64,000 nucleotides of DNA from Chiloscyllium plagiosum (lineage: Eukaryota): contig NC_057718.1 in NCBI RefSeq assembly GCF_004010195.1, forward strand, positions 64,529,123-64,593,122, given 5' to 3'. Position 1 is the stretch's first letter; the number at the start of each line of letters is the position of its first letter. The position numbers and the translations under genes were made by a program. Positions 11,615-23,414 of the stretch are shown one piece after another. Under the pieces are notes generated by a model that had not been told where the DNA came from, made no database searches, and worked only from the letters and a program-made list of their open reading frames with translations.

Positions 11615-12039
11615 AAATTTAGGCACTAAGCTTGGTTTTCCCTCATTGTAATTAGTATTTTCCTCTCTGGCGAGATTATATTGTTTATTATATGAGATTA
11701 TATTGATCTCATCTCTTTAGAATTTAAGTTTTTAAAATTTCTTTCTCTGACTTTTTCTTTCTCCTATCTTTGTTTTACTTTAGTTTTCTTTCACTTCACA
11801 CTGCAACTCAAACTTTCTAATTTGTAATTATCTTTTCCCTTTCTTTCTATTCCTTTTCCCTTCTCTTTTCTTTCCTTGTTTACAAATTCAAATCTTGACT
11901 TTTCTCTGTCTCTCTAAGTCAATTATTTTCGTTTCTCAAAAATTATCTTGTGGTTCCATCACTTCTCTCAAGAAAAATACACTGGGATCATTCATTTCTT
12001 GGATTCTTGCAGTGTGGTGTGATCCATCTGAATTTTTCT

Positions 12040-12170
12040 TCAGAATGGGTCACTGGATTTGAAATATTAACTCTGCTTTCTCTCCACAAGTGCTGCCAGA
12101 TTTGCTGAATTTCTCCAGTAATTTCTGTTTTTATTGCAGGTTTTGAGCATCTACAATTCTTTCTTTTATT
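12040..12170 (+). mobile_element. Degenerate PLE terminus, family C
   Basis: GGGTCACTGGATTTGAAATATTAACTCTG...TGCTGCCAGATTTGCTGAATTTCTCCAG matches copies at 14061, 38262 and 41525. Confidence 0.6.
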
Positions 12171-12757
12171 TCAATATCCCTACTTTTGGATGCCAAACAT
12201 TGTGTCTTGTTAATGCTTTCATTTGGAATATCTCTCCATGCTCTTGATGAAGCTCCTTTACAAAAAAAATTATTAAACCTTGTGGAATAATAACTCTTAT
12301 TTAAATCCCATAAGAGATAGCCTTGATTTACACTCATTTCATTTCTGTTTGTGAAATACTGCAATTTCTCACCATTACACTTTTCATTCAGTCACTCATG
12401 AGATAATTAAGCACTTCACTAAATACCACATTTTTGGGAGTTTCTTCACTGGGCATGTTCTTTATGCTGGTAAAGGTAATTCAGCAGTTAGAAATTGAAT
12501 CAGTCTTCATGAGAAATCTTGATAGAATGCCCAGACTTGCATGATCTATTGACGTAACAATATTTGATATGACACTGCCTTAATCAATGACCACTTTATG
12601 CTCTATTTGCATTTCCTCAGTGACCAACATGTTCATATTTATGTCCACATAATTAATTCAGCCCAGTTTAATCAAATTTTCTGATGCCAATTACTGCTTA
12701 TCAGGGAGACTTTGTTCCTAGAAATTGACAGTAGTAGAATCTACCATCATATTCTAT

Positions 12758-13282
12758 TGTGATGATGCTGCTCCTTTAACATCGTTGTGCTGTCCTTGGC
12801 TTTTTCCAAAAGTATTTTACGAGACACAGTTTCCAAAATGTCTGGCTTGATCTACTTGAAGAAGCTTTTAAGTAAACAAAAACTTGTACAATGAAAGGAC
12901 AATGACCAGTTCTCTCAGCTCAGCTTTTCTCTGGTTTGGTTTGGTTTGGGTTTTAGCAGTCTGGCTGTTCAGAGCAAGCAGTCAGTCAGTTTTGAGACTG
13001 CTGGTCAAATAAACAGCCACATGGAAAAAGGTGTCCATGCTGAATCTCTCTGCCATCTCTCCTGTAAGAACATGTGTTTCCTTTTTTGTCAACAGGTGTT
13101 TATGGGGATTGTTGCAAGTATTTGGAGCAGCATCATTAATTTGGGATAATCTGTTGGGTTTTCAGATCGGATAAGTTATTCTGTATTCGGTTCTCTTTTG
13201 TTTATGCTTAAAACAACTGAAAAAGTTAAGGTCTGGACTACGTTCTTGAAATGTTTTGGGAGGTCTGGCCTGGTCCATAACA
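12758..13282 (+). mobile_element. Solo LTR
   Basis: TGTGATG...CATAACA termini. It interrupts the Gypsy RNase H remnant. No TSD resolved. Confidence 0.6.
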
Positions 13283-13344
13283 TCATCTTAAGACTGACTT
13301 GGGAATAACAAATCAGTTTTACACCCACTTTGTGTATCATTTAA

Positions 13345-13570
13345 TCCTTACAGTGGGAAAAGAGGCCATTCAGCTCATCGAGTCTTCACCAAACCTCCCT
13401 AGAACATCCCACCCAGACACAGTCCTAACCCACAACCCTCTATTTACAATGGCTAACCCATCTACACATCTCTGAAGACTATGGGACAATCTACCATAGC
13501 CAATCCACCTAACCTGTTCGTCTTTGGACTGTGGGATGAAACTTGAGTACCAGTGAAACCCATGCAGCTC
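13345..13570 (-). mobile_element. HE1-like SINE, 5'-truncated
   Basis: GCCAATCCACCTAACCTG..TCTTTGGACTGTGGGA body plus a CR1-like tail. Confidence 0.75.
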
Positions 13571-13614
13571 AAACAAAGAACTCCTGAGTAATATGCAGCT
13601 ATCTCTTTCTCAAT

Positions 13615-13745
13615 GGGAGAAAGTGAGGACGACAGATGCTGGAGATCAGAGTCAAAGAGTGTGATGCTGGAAAAGCACAGCTGGTCAGGCAGCATCCGAG
13701 GAGCAGGAGAATAGATGTTTTGAGCATAAGCTCTTCATCAGAAAT
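13615..13745 (-). mobile_element. PLE terminus, family B, HHR with G12A
   Basis: The reverse complement reads CTGATGA-A-GAGC-TTAT-GCTC-AAAA-CATC. ATCTCTTTCT occurs at 13601-13610 and 13744-13753. Confidence 0.8.
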
Positions 13746-14000
13746 CTCTTTCTGCCATTTCTCTGGCTGTGGCTGCATTGTAGGCCTCCCTCCACATATG
13801 TTTATTGCCTTTGCTCAAAAATCTGGCCTAATTTAAATTTTTGTAGGCCTCCTACAAATGTGTCTGTAAGTTGATTTTCATGTTCTTGCAATTATCCTAT
13901 GAGAGGGTTTCTTTAACTTGTGACTATAATTGGGCAACAGTCTCACTGCGACCACCATGACCACAACAGAAACTTGAACTTAATAAAAATGGAAAGAATT

Positions 14001-14155
14001 GTAGACGCTGTAAATCAGAAACATCAACAGAAAATGTTGGAAAAACTCAGCAGTTCAATTCTGTGGAAGGATCACTTGACCGGAAACATTAACTCTGACT
14101 TCTCTCCACAGATGCTACCAGACCTGCTGAGCTTTTCCAGCATTTTCTGTTGTTG
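14001..14155. mobile_element. Fold-back PLE terminus, family C
   Basis: CAACAGAAAATGTTGGAAAAACTCAGCAG is inverted as CTGCTGAGCTTTTCCAGCATTTTCTGTTG. A decayed HHR lies at 14061-14093. Confidence 0.7.
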
Positions 14156-14179
14156 CTAGCAACTTGAACATATACCTTT

Positions 14180-15690
14180 AAAACAATAAAATATCCAAAA
14201 AGCAAAGCAAAAAATAGCATTGAGCCACATGAGGAGACATTAGAGCAGTTGACTGACAATGACACCAGAGAGCTTTGTTTAAAGTGTGACTTAAAGGCGG
14301 AAAGCAAGATAAAGAGATGAGGAGGTCTAGGAAGGAAATTCCAGAGCTAGGGGCTACTATGAGCAGCATAGGGGAGACAATTAACATGAAGAGGCCGGAG
14401 TTAGAGAGATTTTGATATCTCAGAGGGTTGAAGAGTTAGAGGAGCCAGGCCACAGAGGGAACTAAAAACAAGGATGAGAATTTTGCCTTTGAAGTATTGT
14501 TTGATTGGAAGCCAGTATAAATCAGCGAGTACAGGGGTGATAGGTGGACATGGATTGAATTTGTCTGAATTATGACATGGGTAGCAGAGATTTGGATGTC
14601 CTCAAATTTAGAAAGGACAGAATATTGGAGGCTGATAAGGAATGCATTGGAGTATCACAATCAAGAGATGTTATAAAGATTAAAAAAAAGTGTCTGAATG
14701 AAATCTCATCTCAAGGTCAAATATGAAACCAAGGTTGTGAAAATCTGCCTTAGCAGGATGGAGGCAATAATTAGAAAATGGAATTTGAGATGAGGACTGA
14801 AGACAATTTTCATCTTTAAAGCTCATCAAGTACTTTTATGTGTGCCAAGAAGTCTAACAATTTACAGGCAATGGAAGAGTCAGGAGAAGAGTTGGGGGGT
14901 AAAACAGGCTGTCATCATTGCACACATGAAAACTGATACTGTACTTCTAGAAAATTTCCTCAAGGGTAGCATGTGTATGGGAAATAGAGGAGAAAAGTAT
15001 AGGTTTTTCGAGGATACCGGGGAAAGTCGAGGAAAGGGGAAGAGAAGCTATTGATGGCAAATACTTGATAATGAATAGGTGGATAGGAATGGAACCAGAA
15101 TGCAGTTCCAACAAGCTTGTGAAACTTGGAAGGGTTCAGAAAATATTTACAAAGATGTTGCCAGAGTGGAGGATTTGAGCTACAGGGAGCGGCTGAATAG
15201 GCTGGGGCTGTTTTCCCTGGACCGTCAGAGGCTGAGGGGTGATCTTATAGTGGTTTATAAAATCATGAGGGGCTTGGATAGGGTAAACATACAAGGTCTG
15301 TTCTAGACGTTTTGGGTGAGAGGGGAAAAGTTTAAAAGGGACCTAAGGGTCACCTTTTCATGCCACGGGTGGTGCATGTGTAGAATGAGCTGCCAGAGGA
15401 AATGGTGGAGGCTAGTACAATTACAACATTTAAAAGGCATCTGGATGGGTATATAAATAGGAAGGGTTTGGAGGGATATGGGCCAAGTGCTGCAAATGGG
15501 ACTAGGTTACTCTATCTGGTTGGCATGAAAGAGTTGGTCTGAAGGGTCTGTTTCCATGCTGTATATCTCTATGAATCTATGGATCTTAGCTGAGGAGAAG
15601 TGCAGAAGTATTAGAGGAGAATATATGATTAACTGTGTCACAGACTGCAGATAGGGAATGATGAGGAGGGATCATTTATCTTTCTGACAG
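14180..15690 (-). mobile_element. Old L2-like LINE
   Basis: Minus-strand LSAVCDTVNH at about 15640 resembles the L2 motif DLSAAFDTVDH. A CR1 is nested inside it. Confidence 0.55.
15113..15582 (+). mobile_element. CR1 (HER1-like) 3' end
   Basis: LSYRERLNRLGLFSL..RLRGDLI.VYKIM and a CTCTATGA-type tail. Confidence 0.85.
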
Positions 15691-15984
15691 TACCTTGCAA
15701 AGGGAAGAACATTTATTTACAGCAGAGATGCGAAATGAGCAGCAGTCAATGGAAGTTAAGATAAGCCAGAGTATATAACGAGTGGGTGATCCATGACCAC
15801 TGTAGCTATTTTCTCACCAAAGTTTAATTTTACCCACAATATTTAAAAAAAAATATTTTACTTCTATCAACCAAAAGCAGCATTGATCAGGAAAGGCCAG
15901 CAAATAGAAATGTCTCAGAAACTTCTGCCATTGGATTTTTATGAAACTACCATTATAAAATGTGTAGACATGCTTGATATGATT

Positions 15985-16405
15985 TTATTTATTACTGTTA
16001 CATGTGCCAACGTACAGTGAAAAGTGTTGTCTTACGTGCTTACAGGAAGATCATGCTACACATCTGCATCAGAATAACAGAACAGAGTGCAGGATACAGA
16101 GTGCAGCTGCTGAAAAAGTGCAGAGAGGGGTCAACATTAACATTAAAGAGGTCCATTCAAATGTTTGATAACAGCAGGGAAGAAGGTGTTCTTGAATCCG
16201 TTCATACGTGTAGGCAAACTTTCATATCTTATACCTGATTAAAAAAGTTGGAAGATCATATAACTGGAGTGGGACAGGTCTTTCATTATGTTGTTTGCTT
16301 TTCTGATGCAGTGGAAAATATAGATGAAGTCAATGGATGGGAGGCTTATTTGCATGATAGTCTGGGCTATGTTCACAACTCTGTAATTTCTTTCAGTTTT
16401 GGAAA
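15985..16405 (-). mobile_element. Rex1/Babar-like LINE 3' end
   Basis: RVVNIAQTIMQISLPSIDFIY..CIRKANNIMKDLSH matches the Rex1-type RT C-terminus. Confidence 0.7.
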
Positions 16406-16413
16406 GAGCATAT

Positions 16414-18940
16414 GGGGGAGGCAATGACCTAATGGTATTATCACTAGTCTATTAATCCAGAAACTCAGTTAATGTTCTGGTAGATGGTTGAATTTGAATT
16501 CAATGAAAAAAACCTGGAATTAAGAATTGAATGGTTACCATGAAACCATTGACAATTATGGGAAAAAAACATCGGGTTCACTAATGTCCTTCAAGAAAGG
16601 AAATCTGCCATCCTCACCTGGTCTGACCTATATGTGACTCCACACCCACAACAATATAATTCACTCTGAATTGCCATCTGAAATGGCCTCACAAGCCATT
16701 CAGTTGTATCAATGACTACAAAGTCTCAAAAAAACTGAAACTGGATGGATCACTGGAAAAGACAATGACAGAAACTGCCCTGCCAACCCTGCAAAGTCCT
16801 CCTTATGAATATCTGGGGGCGAGTGCCAAAATTGGCAGAGCTGTGTCACAGACTTAATCATACTCAAGGAATCATACTTTACAGATAATGTCCCATACAC
16901 AACCATCACCATCCCTGGATATGTCCCACCAAAAGGACAGAGCTGGCAGAGGTTGCGGCATAGCGATATATAGCCAGGAGGGAATTGTCCTAGGAGTCAT
17001 CAATATTGGCTCCAGATCCCATGAAGTCTCGTGGCATCAGGTTAAACATGGACAAGGAAACCTCCTGCTGATTATAACGTACCGTCCTCCCTTGACAGAT
17101 GAATTAGGACTCCTCCATGTTGAACAACACTTGGAGGAAGCACTGAGGATGCCTCACGGGCACAAAGTGTACTCTGGTTTGGGGATTTCAATGTCTACCA
17201 TCAAGAGTGGCTTAGCAACAGTACAGCTAATTGACCTGGTTAGGTCCTAAAGGACTGTGTCTGGAGCAGGTGGTGAGGGAACCAAGAAGAGGTAAAAATA
17301 TATGTGACCTCATCCTTACCATACTGATACTGCAGATCCATCTGTTCATAATAGTATCAGTAAAAGCAACCACTGCACTGTCACACCTTCACATTGAGAA
17401 TAACCTCCATCATGTTGTGTAGCATAATCACAGTGCTAAATAGTATAGATTTCAAACAGATCTAGCAAATCAAGACGGGACATCCCTGAGGTGCTGTGGG
17501 CCATCATTGCAGCAGAATTGTACTCCAGCACAGTCTGTAACCTCATGGCCCGGCATATCCCCCACTCAACCATTACCATCAAGCCAGGTGATCAAACATG
17601 GTTCAATTGAGAGAGTAGGAGTGCAAAGGGACTTGGGAGTCCTAGTCCAAGCTTCTTTTAAGGTAAACTTGCAGTTTGAGTCGCTGGTTAGGAAAGCAAA
17701 TACAATGTTGTCATTCAGCTCAAGAGAACTAGAATATAAAAGCAGGGATGTACTTATGAGGCTGTATAAACCTGTGGTCAGACCACATTTAGAGTATTGA
17801 GAGTAATTTTGGGCCCCATACCTCAGGAAGGACAACCTGGCTCTAGAGTAGGTCCAGAGGAGGTTCATAAGAATGATCCCAGGAATGAAAGACTAAACCT
17901 ATGAAGAACGTTTGAGGACTCTGGGATTACACCCGATGAAGTTTAGAAGGATGAGGAGGGACCTAACTGAAACATACAGAATACTGAATGGCCTGGACAG
18001 AGTGAATGTTGGGAAGATGTTTCCATTGCCAGAAAAGACTAGGACCCAAGAGCAAAGCCTTAGAGTAAAGGGAATACCTTTAGCACAGAGACAAGGAGAA
18101 ATGTTTTTCAGCCAGAGAGTGGTGAATCTGTGGAATTCACTGCCACAGAAGGCTGTGGAGGCCAGACCAATGAGTATATTTAAAACAGAGATAGAGAGAT
18201 TCTTGATTGTCAAGAGGATCAAAGGATACTGGGAGAAAGCAGAAGAATGAAATTGAAAATGTAACAGCCATGATTAGATGGTGAAGCAGACTTGATGGAC
18301 CAAATTGCCTAATTTCTGCTCCTATGTCTTATGATCTTATGTCAGGAGCAGCATCAGCCACACCTGAAAATGTGGTGTCAACTTGGTGAAACTACCAGAC
18401 AGGGCTACTTTCATGCCAACAGCATAAGCAACAAGTCTTGGTCAGAGCTAAGTGATCCCAGAACCAATGAATCAAATCTAAACTGTGCAGGTCCTGCCAC
18501 AATCAGTCTTGCCACAACTCACTGGAAGTGGAGGCTCCACAAATATTCCCATCACCAATGATTGTAGAGCCCAGCACAGTAGTGAAAAGGATAAGGCTGA
18601 AGCATTTGCAACAATCTTCGGCCAGAAATGATGAGTGGATGATCCATCTTGGCTTCCTCCAGTGGTCCCCATCATCATTGATACCAGTCTTCAACCAAAT
18701 TGATTCACTCCGCATGATATTAAGAAATTGTTGGTGGCACTGGATGGATACTGCAAAGGCTCAAGGGTCTTACAACATTTCGGCAATAGTATTGAAGACT
18801 TGTGCTCCAGAACTTGCTACTTCCCTAGACAAGCTATTCCAGTACAGTTACAACACTAGCATCTACCTGACAATGTGGAAAATTGCTCAATCAAGCAACA
18901 CCTGTTCAACAATAACCTGCTCAGTGACGCCCAGTTTCAG
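16414..18940 (+). mobile_element. CR1-group LINE (second family) 5' part with APE and start of RT, and a SINE-like 5' leader
   Basis: APE motifs DRAGRGCGIAIY and LLIITYRPP; pre-RT motif IVLKTCAPELATSLDKLFQYSY; A-box-like TGACCTAATGG at 16425-16435. Confidence 0.75.
17612..18340 (+). mobile_element. CR1 3' part nested in the preceding LINE
   Basis: QRDLGVLV..LYKPVVRPHLEY..FFSQRVVNLWNSLP with a TCTTATG tail. The host LINE resumes at about 18343. Confidence 0.85.
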
Positions 18941-19077
18941 GGAGTTAGCTACATACTGGATTGAAGGAAGAGGATACCAAATTAGAGCTTTAGTTAATAA
19001 AACAGAAGTGATAAAGTGGAGAATGACATTTATAAACTTACAGTTTGGACATGGGAATTGGCAAATGAATATGAGGT

Positions 19078-20135
19078 GATAGAGTCATTAAGTTATGCAG
19101 CATGGAAACAGACCCTTTGGTCGAACTCGTCCATGCTGACCACTAAATTAATCTAGTCCCATTTGCCAGCATTTGGCCCACTACCCCCTAACCCTTCCTA
19201 CTGATATGACTATCAGATGCCTTTTAAATGTTGTAATTTAGTAGCCTCTACTGCTTCCTCTGGCAGCTCATTCCAAACATGCACCACCCTCTGAGTGAAA
19301 AAGTTGCCCCTTAGGTTCCTTTTAATTCTTGCCCCACTTAAACCCACGCCCTCTAGTTTTGGACTCCCCCTACCCAGGAAAAAGACTTTGGTATTCACCC
19401 AATCCATGCATCTCATGATTTTACAAACCTCTACTAGGTCACCCTTTAGCTTCCAGGGAAAATAACCCCAGCCTATTTAGCCTCCCCCTATAGCTTAAAC
19501 ACTCCAACCCTGGCAATATCCTTGTAAATCTTTTCTGACTCCTTTCAAGTTTAACATCATCTTTCCTATAGCAGGGAAATCAGAATGGAACACAGTATTA
19601 CAAAAGTGGCCCAACCAATGTCCTCTACAACTGCAACATGATACCCCAACCCCATACTCGATGCACTAACCAATAAAGGTAAGCAAATGCCTTCTTCACT
19701 ACCCCGTCCACCTATGACTTCACCTTCAATGAATTATGAACCTACATCTCAAGTTCTCCTCATTCAGCAATAGTCCCCAGGACCCTATCATTAAGTGTAC
19801 AAATTCTGCCCTGTTTGTCTTACATCTCAAATTTATCTAAATTAAACTCCATCTGCTGCCCCTCAGCTCATTGCCCACCTGATCAAGATCCCATTACATT
19901 CTGTAATAACTTTCTTCACTGTCCACTATACTACCAATGTTGATGTCATCTACAAGCTTACTGACCAGTTCTCCTATGTTCACATCCAAATCATTTACAT
20001 AACTGACGAAAAACAGTGACCCAACACCAATCCTTGCAGCACACTGCTGGTCACAGGCTTCCTGTCTAAAAAGCAACTTTCTATCACCACCCTCTGTCTC
20101 TTATCTTCAAGCCAATTTTGGATCCAAATGGCTAG
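19078..20135 (-). mobile_element. CR1 (HER1-like) RT C-terminus and 3' end
   Basis: NFFTQRVVHVWNELP and YVNDLDVNI in minus ORFs. Confidence 0.85.
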
Positions 20136-20431
20136 TATTATACTAAATTGGTGAAGTCTGGAAAATCAATATCTAAAATGGGTAGAACAACAAAGAGATC
20201 TGAGGTTAGATGTATAAACATCAACAAATATATTGACACATTAATAAATTCATTTACTGTAAACAAAGAACTCAATAATTTCTCAACAGATAAGGGAAAT
20301 TAAAAAGTAGACAATTTTTTTAAAGCATAAAATTATGTGCAGAAAACCTTACTGAGATCATATTTGGAGTTTAACAGTTCTAATTTCTGCAGGAGGTACT
20401 GGAGAAGGTACAGCAAAAATTTGGAGACAGT

Positions 20432-20610
20432 AAGGACTACAGATGCTGGAAGCAAGAGTCAATAGATTGAAGCTGGAGAAGCACAGCAGGTCAGTCTGCA
20501 TTTGAGGAGCAGGATGAGTCCTAATGAATAGTTTTGGCCCAAAACACTGACTTTCCTGCTTCTCGGCTACTATCTGACTTGCTGTGCTTTTCCAGCTTCA
20601 CATCTATTGA
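20432..20610. mobile_element. Degenerate fold-back PLE terminus
   Basis: TCAATAGATTGAAGCTGGAGAAGCACAGCAGGTCAG is inverted as CTGACTTGCTGTGCTTTTCCAGCTTCACATCTATTGA. A decayed HHR lies at about 20520-20550. Confidence 0.7.
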
Positions 20611-21928
20611 TGACAGCAAAGATTTATTGAAACTGAAAAAGTATACTGTTCCTTTTTGAAAGTGAAGACTGAGTAGTGACCTGGTTTTTAACATTATTGA
20701 AAGGATATACTTAACAAATCTTCTGAGCTGGGTCAGAAAGCCTATTTCTGTCCGAGATCAGATTAAAAAATTACCTATTTACCTTTGGTGCAGTTTTTTG
20801 GTGAACTTTTGGGCTCAGGACCATTCCCAACTGAAGCAGCACAAACCCATCTAAGAATCGTCACAGTCAGGACAAGTGGGAGAAGGAAATGAGAATGTAG
20901 CAGTGTTAGGGCACAACATAATAAGGGGAATAAATATTATTCTCTGCAATCCTAAGTATAAGTTCCATAAGACTGTACTGCCTGCTGAGTGCCAGGATTA
21001 AGGGGATCACTGCAGGCCTGGAGTGAAATTTGGAGCAGGAGGGGAGGGATCTAATTGTCATCATTCATATTGGTACCAATGACATTGATAAAACTGGAAA
21101 GGGGGTTCTGTTGAAAGATTTTGAACTGTTTGGAACTTACAGAGTCTCCAAGAGTCTTGGGATTAATACCTGAGCCACAGGCAAACTGGCATAATGTAAA
21201 TAAAGTCAAAGAGTTAAATATGTGACTCAAAGATTTGCATGGGAGGTATGGGTTTCAATTCATGGAGCAATGGCACCAGTACTGGGTAGAAGGGAGCTGT
21301 TCTGAAGGGATAATCTTCACTTGAACTGTGGTGGAACAAGTGTCCTAATAACTCAAAAAAGTAGGGCTGTGGAGAGGGCCATAAACTGAATAGATAGGGG
21401 AGAGGTTGAGAAGGGGAAATGTGAGTTTACAAAGCAAAATGATATTCTGGCATTTCAGAGAAGCTATCTGAATAACAAATCCCAGAGTGAAACAAGAAAG
21501 GACAAAATGTATAGTCATATACAAATAGCATCAAATCAGGTCAAAGGGGCATGGGAAATGGAAAAAGGCAAAATTAATAGCCTTTTAATTAGAATCCATA
21601 TGGGTTGGGGTATGAAATAACAAGTGGAAAACGATACTAGTAGGTGCTATCAATAGGCCCCCTAATAGTAACTGTTCATTAAGATACAGAATAAATTAAG
21701 AGGAATGGGAGCTTGTAAAAAAGGTAGTACATTAATCGTGGGTGACTGTGATCTTAGTGTTGATGGGAAAAATCAAATTGGTAGAAGTAGCCACGAGGAG
21801 GAATTCATAGCGTGTATTTAAAACAGTTTCCTACAATAATAATGATCCAACCAGGGATCAGACTATTTTGGGTTTGGTAATGTATAATGATGCTGAATTA
21901 ATAAATGATCTCTGATAAATGAGCCCTC

Positions 21929-22023
21929 ATTCCTGATGAAGGGCATATGCCCGAAACACCAATTCTCCTGCTCCTCGGACGCTGCCTAACTGGCTGTGCT
22001 TTTCCAGTATCATATTTTTTGAC
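21929..22023 (+). mobile_element. PLE terminus, family B; HHR core intact but cleavage triplet altered
   Basis: CTGATGA(21933-39)-A-GGGC-ATAT-GCCC-GAAA-C-ACC. Confidence 0.8.
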
Positions 22024-22863
22024 AGGGGATAAACTAGCAAGTATGATAAAAATGGGCAGTAAGAACTTTATTAAATATATAAAAAGAAAGAGAAAGGCTG
22101 CTGCGATCTTAGACCCTTTAAGACAACAAAGCAGGGGAATTAATAATGGGGAACTGAGAAACGACAGAGTTGAATTAATACTTTGCATCAATGTTCACAG
22201 TAGAGAACATTAATAATACTCAAAACACATGAACTAATCATGATGTAAAAGGTTGAGAGGAAATAATAACTATCACTTGATAAAATATATTAAAGAAACT
22301 AAAGATGATAACGATTGGGTTGGGATATCTGGTTGGCATGGACAGGTTGGACCGAAGGGTCTGTTTCCATGCTATACATCTCTATGCTCTATGACACTAT
22401 GACTCTATGACTATTAAGTCCCCCAGGCCTGGGGGATTGCATTGCATGCTAGGATTTTAAAGTAAGTAGCTACAGAGATGGTGGATGCACTGGTAATAAT
22501 CTGCCAAGAATCCTTGGATTCTGGAAATGTCCCAGAGGTTTGTAAAACTGTCAATGTAACACATTTATTCAAAAGGAGGGAGACAAATCATGGGTAACTA
22601 TAAGCCACTTAGCTCAACATATGTCATTGGGAAAACATTAGAATCTATTATAAAGGATAGGAAGGGTTTGGAGGGAATTGGGCTGGGTGCTGGCAGGTGG
22701 GACTAGATTGAGTTGGGATACTTGGTCAGCATGGATGGGTTGGACCGGAGGGTCTGTTTCCATGCTGTACATCTCTATGACTCTATGTAACAACAGAGCA
22801 CTTAGAAATACATAAATAAGCAGAGTCAGCATGGATTCAAGAAGTGAAATCATGCTGAACAAA

Positions 22864-23414
22864 TGAAATAACTGTACAGAGACTGGTGCCCCTCACCAAG
22901 TCACCCTTTGTGTAATTGTGCACAGTACACTGGTTCGGAATCAATCCCCTGAACTGAGATTATAAACCCACTGTTTATGTTTTTTTTAATTCCAGTTTAT
23001 ATAAAGGTACAAGACATGTCAATAATTACAGAATAACAGAGAATTAGGGACGCCAAAACAGGATGCCTCAAATCCCATTTTAAGCAATAACAGTATATCA
23101 AACTGAACAAAATTGTTACACGGGTCACTTTTCCTTTAAAAATATACTATGGTGACCTATTTATGTCACATGAGAGAAAACATTACATTCTCCAAAAATT
23201 AACAAGTTAAACAGTAGGCAATAGTCCACAGTATATGACAAACACCTCACATCAGAGCACATCACCTGAATCAGGTTAAATACAAATCAGTCCATGAGAC
23301 ATAAATCCCCCTTCTATTTTGGTCAACCAGTGCTTCCATTCTGATTGGCCCAGGTCAACGACCCTAATCAAGTCTCTCATAGTCAATGAGATCCACTTGA
23401 TTCCAATCACTACA
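22864..23414 (-). mobile_element. Solo LTR with 5-bp TSD and a nested insertion
   Basis: TG...CA termini flanked by ACAAA at 22859-22863 and 23415-23419, splitting the CR1 motif CLTNLLEFFE. A segment starting with a T-run (about 22978-23315) looks like a nested insertion. Confidence 0.7.

Larger units (their letters stand above)
8000..11950 (-). mobile_element. Decayed Gypsy element with Gmr1-type order gag-PR-IN-RT
   Basis: On the minus strand: gag YELVPEAY (about 11230); protease IKILIDTVSSQSLML (about 10530); integrase PGLHKDVVSFFQTCQMCQ (about 9760), VLMDCVG..YLLTIMDV (about 9640) and PKEILSNCGSNF (about 9370); RT SPIVVLKPDGSQR..IDLLKGYW (8470-8310). Confidence 0.8.
12170..13980 (-). mobile_element. 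Second, heavily decayed Gypsy remnant (gag, RNase H, start of integrase)
   Basis: YFTNRNEMSVNQGYLLW matches the pre-integrase motif. QLTDTFVGGL near 13860 is gag-like. It is interrupted by an LTR, a SINE and a PLE terminus. Confidence 0.55.

Noticed and set aside
11720..11940. Pyrimidine-rich tract as a splice or regulatory signal
   Set aside because: It is best explained as the antisense of the Glu/Lys/Arg-rich coiled coil of the Gypsy gag.
22381..22414. CTATGA(CT) short tandem repeat, also at 60190-60212
   Set aside because: This is the ordinary CR1 3' tail.
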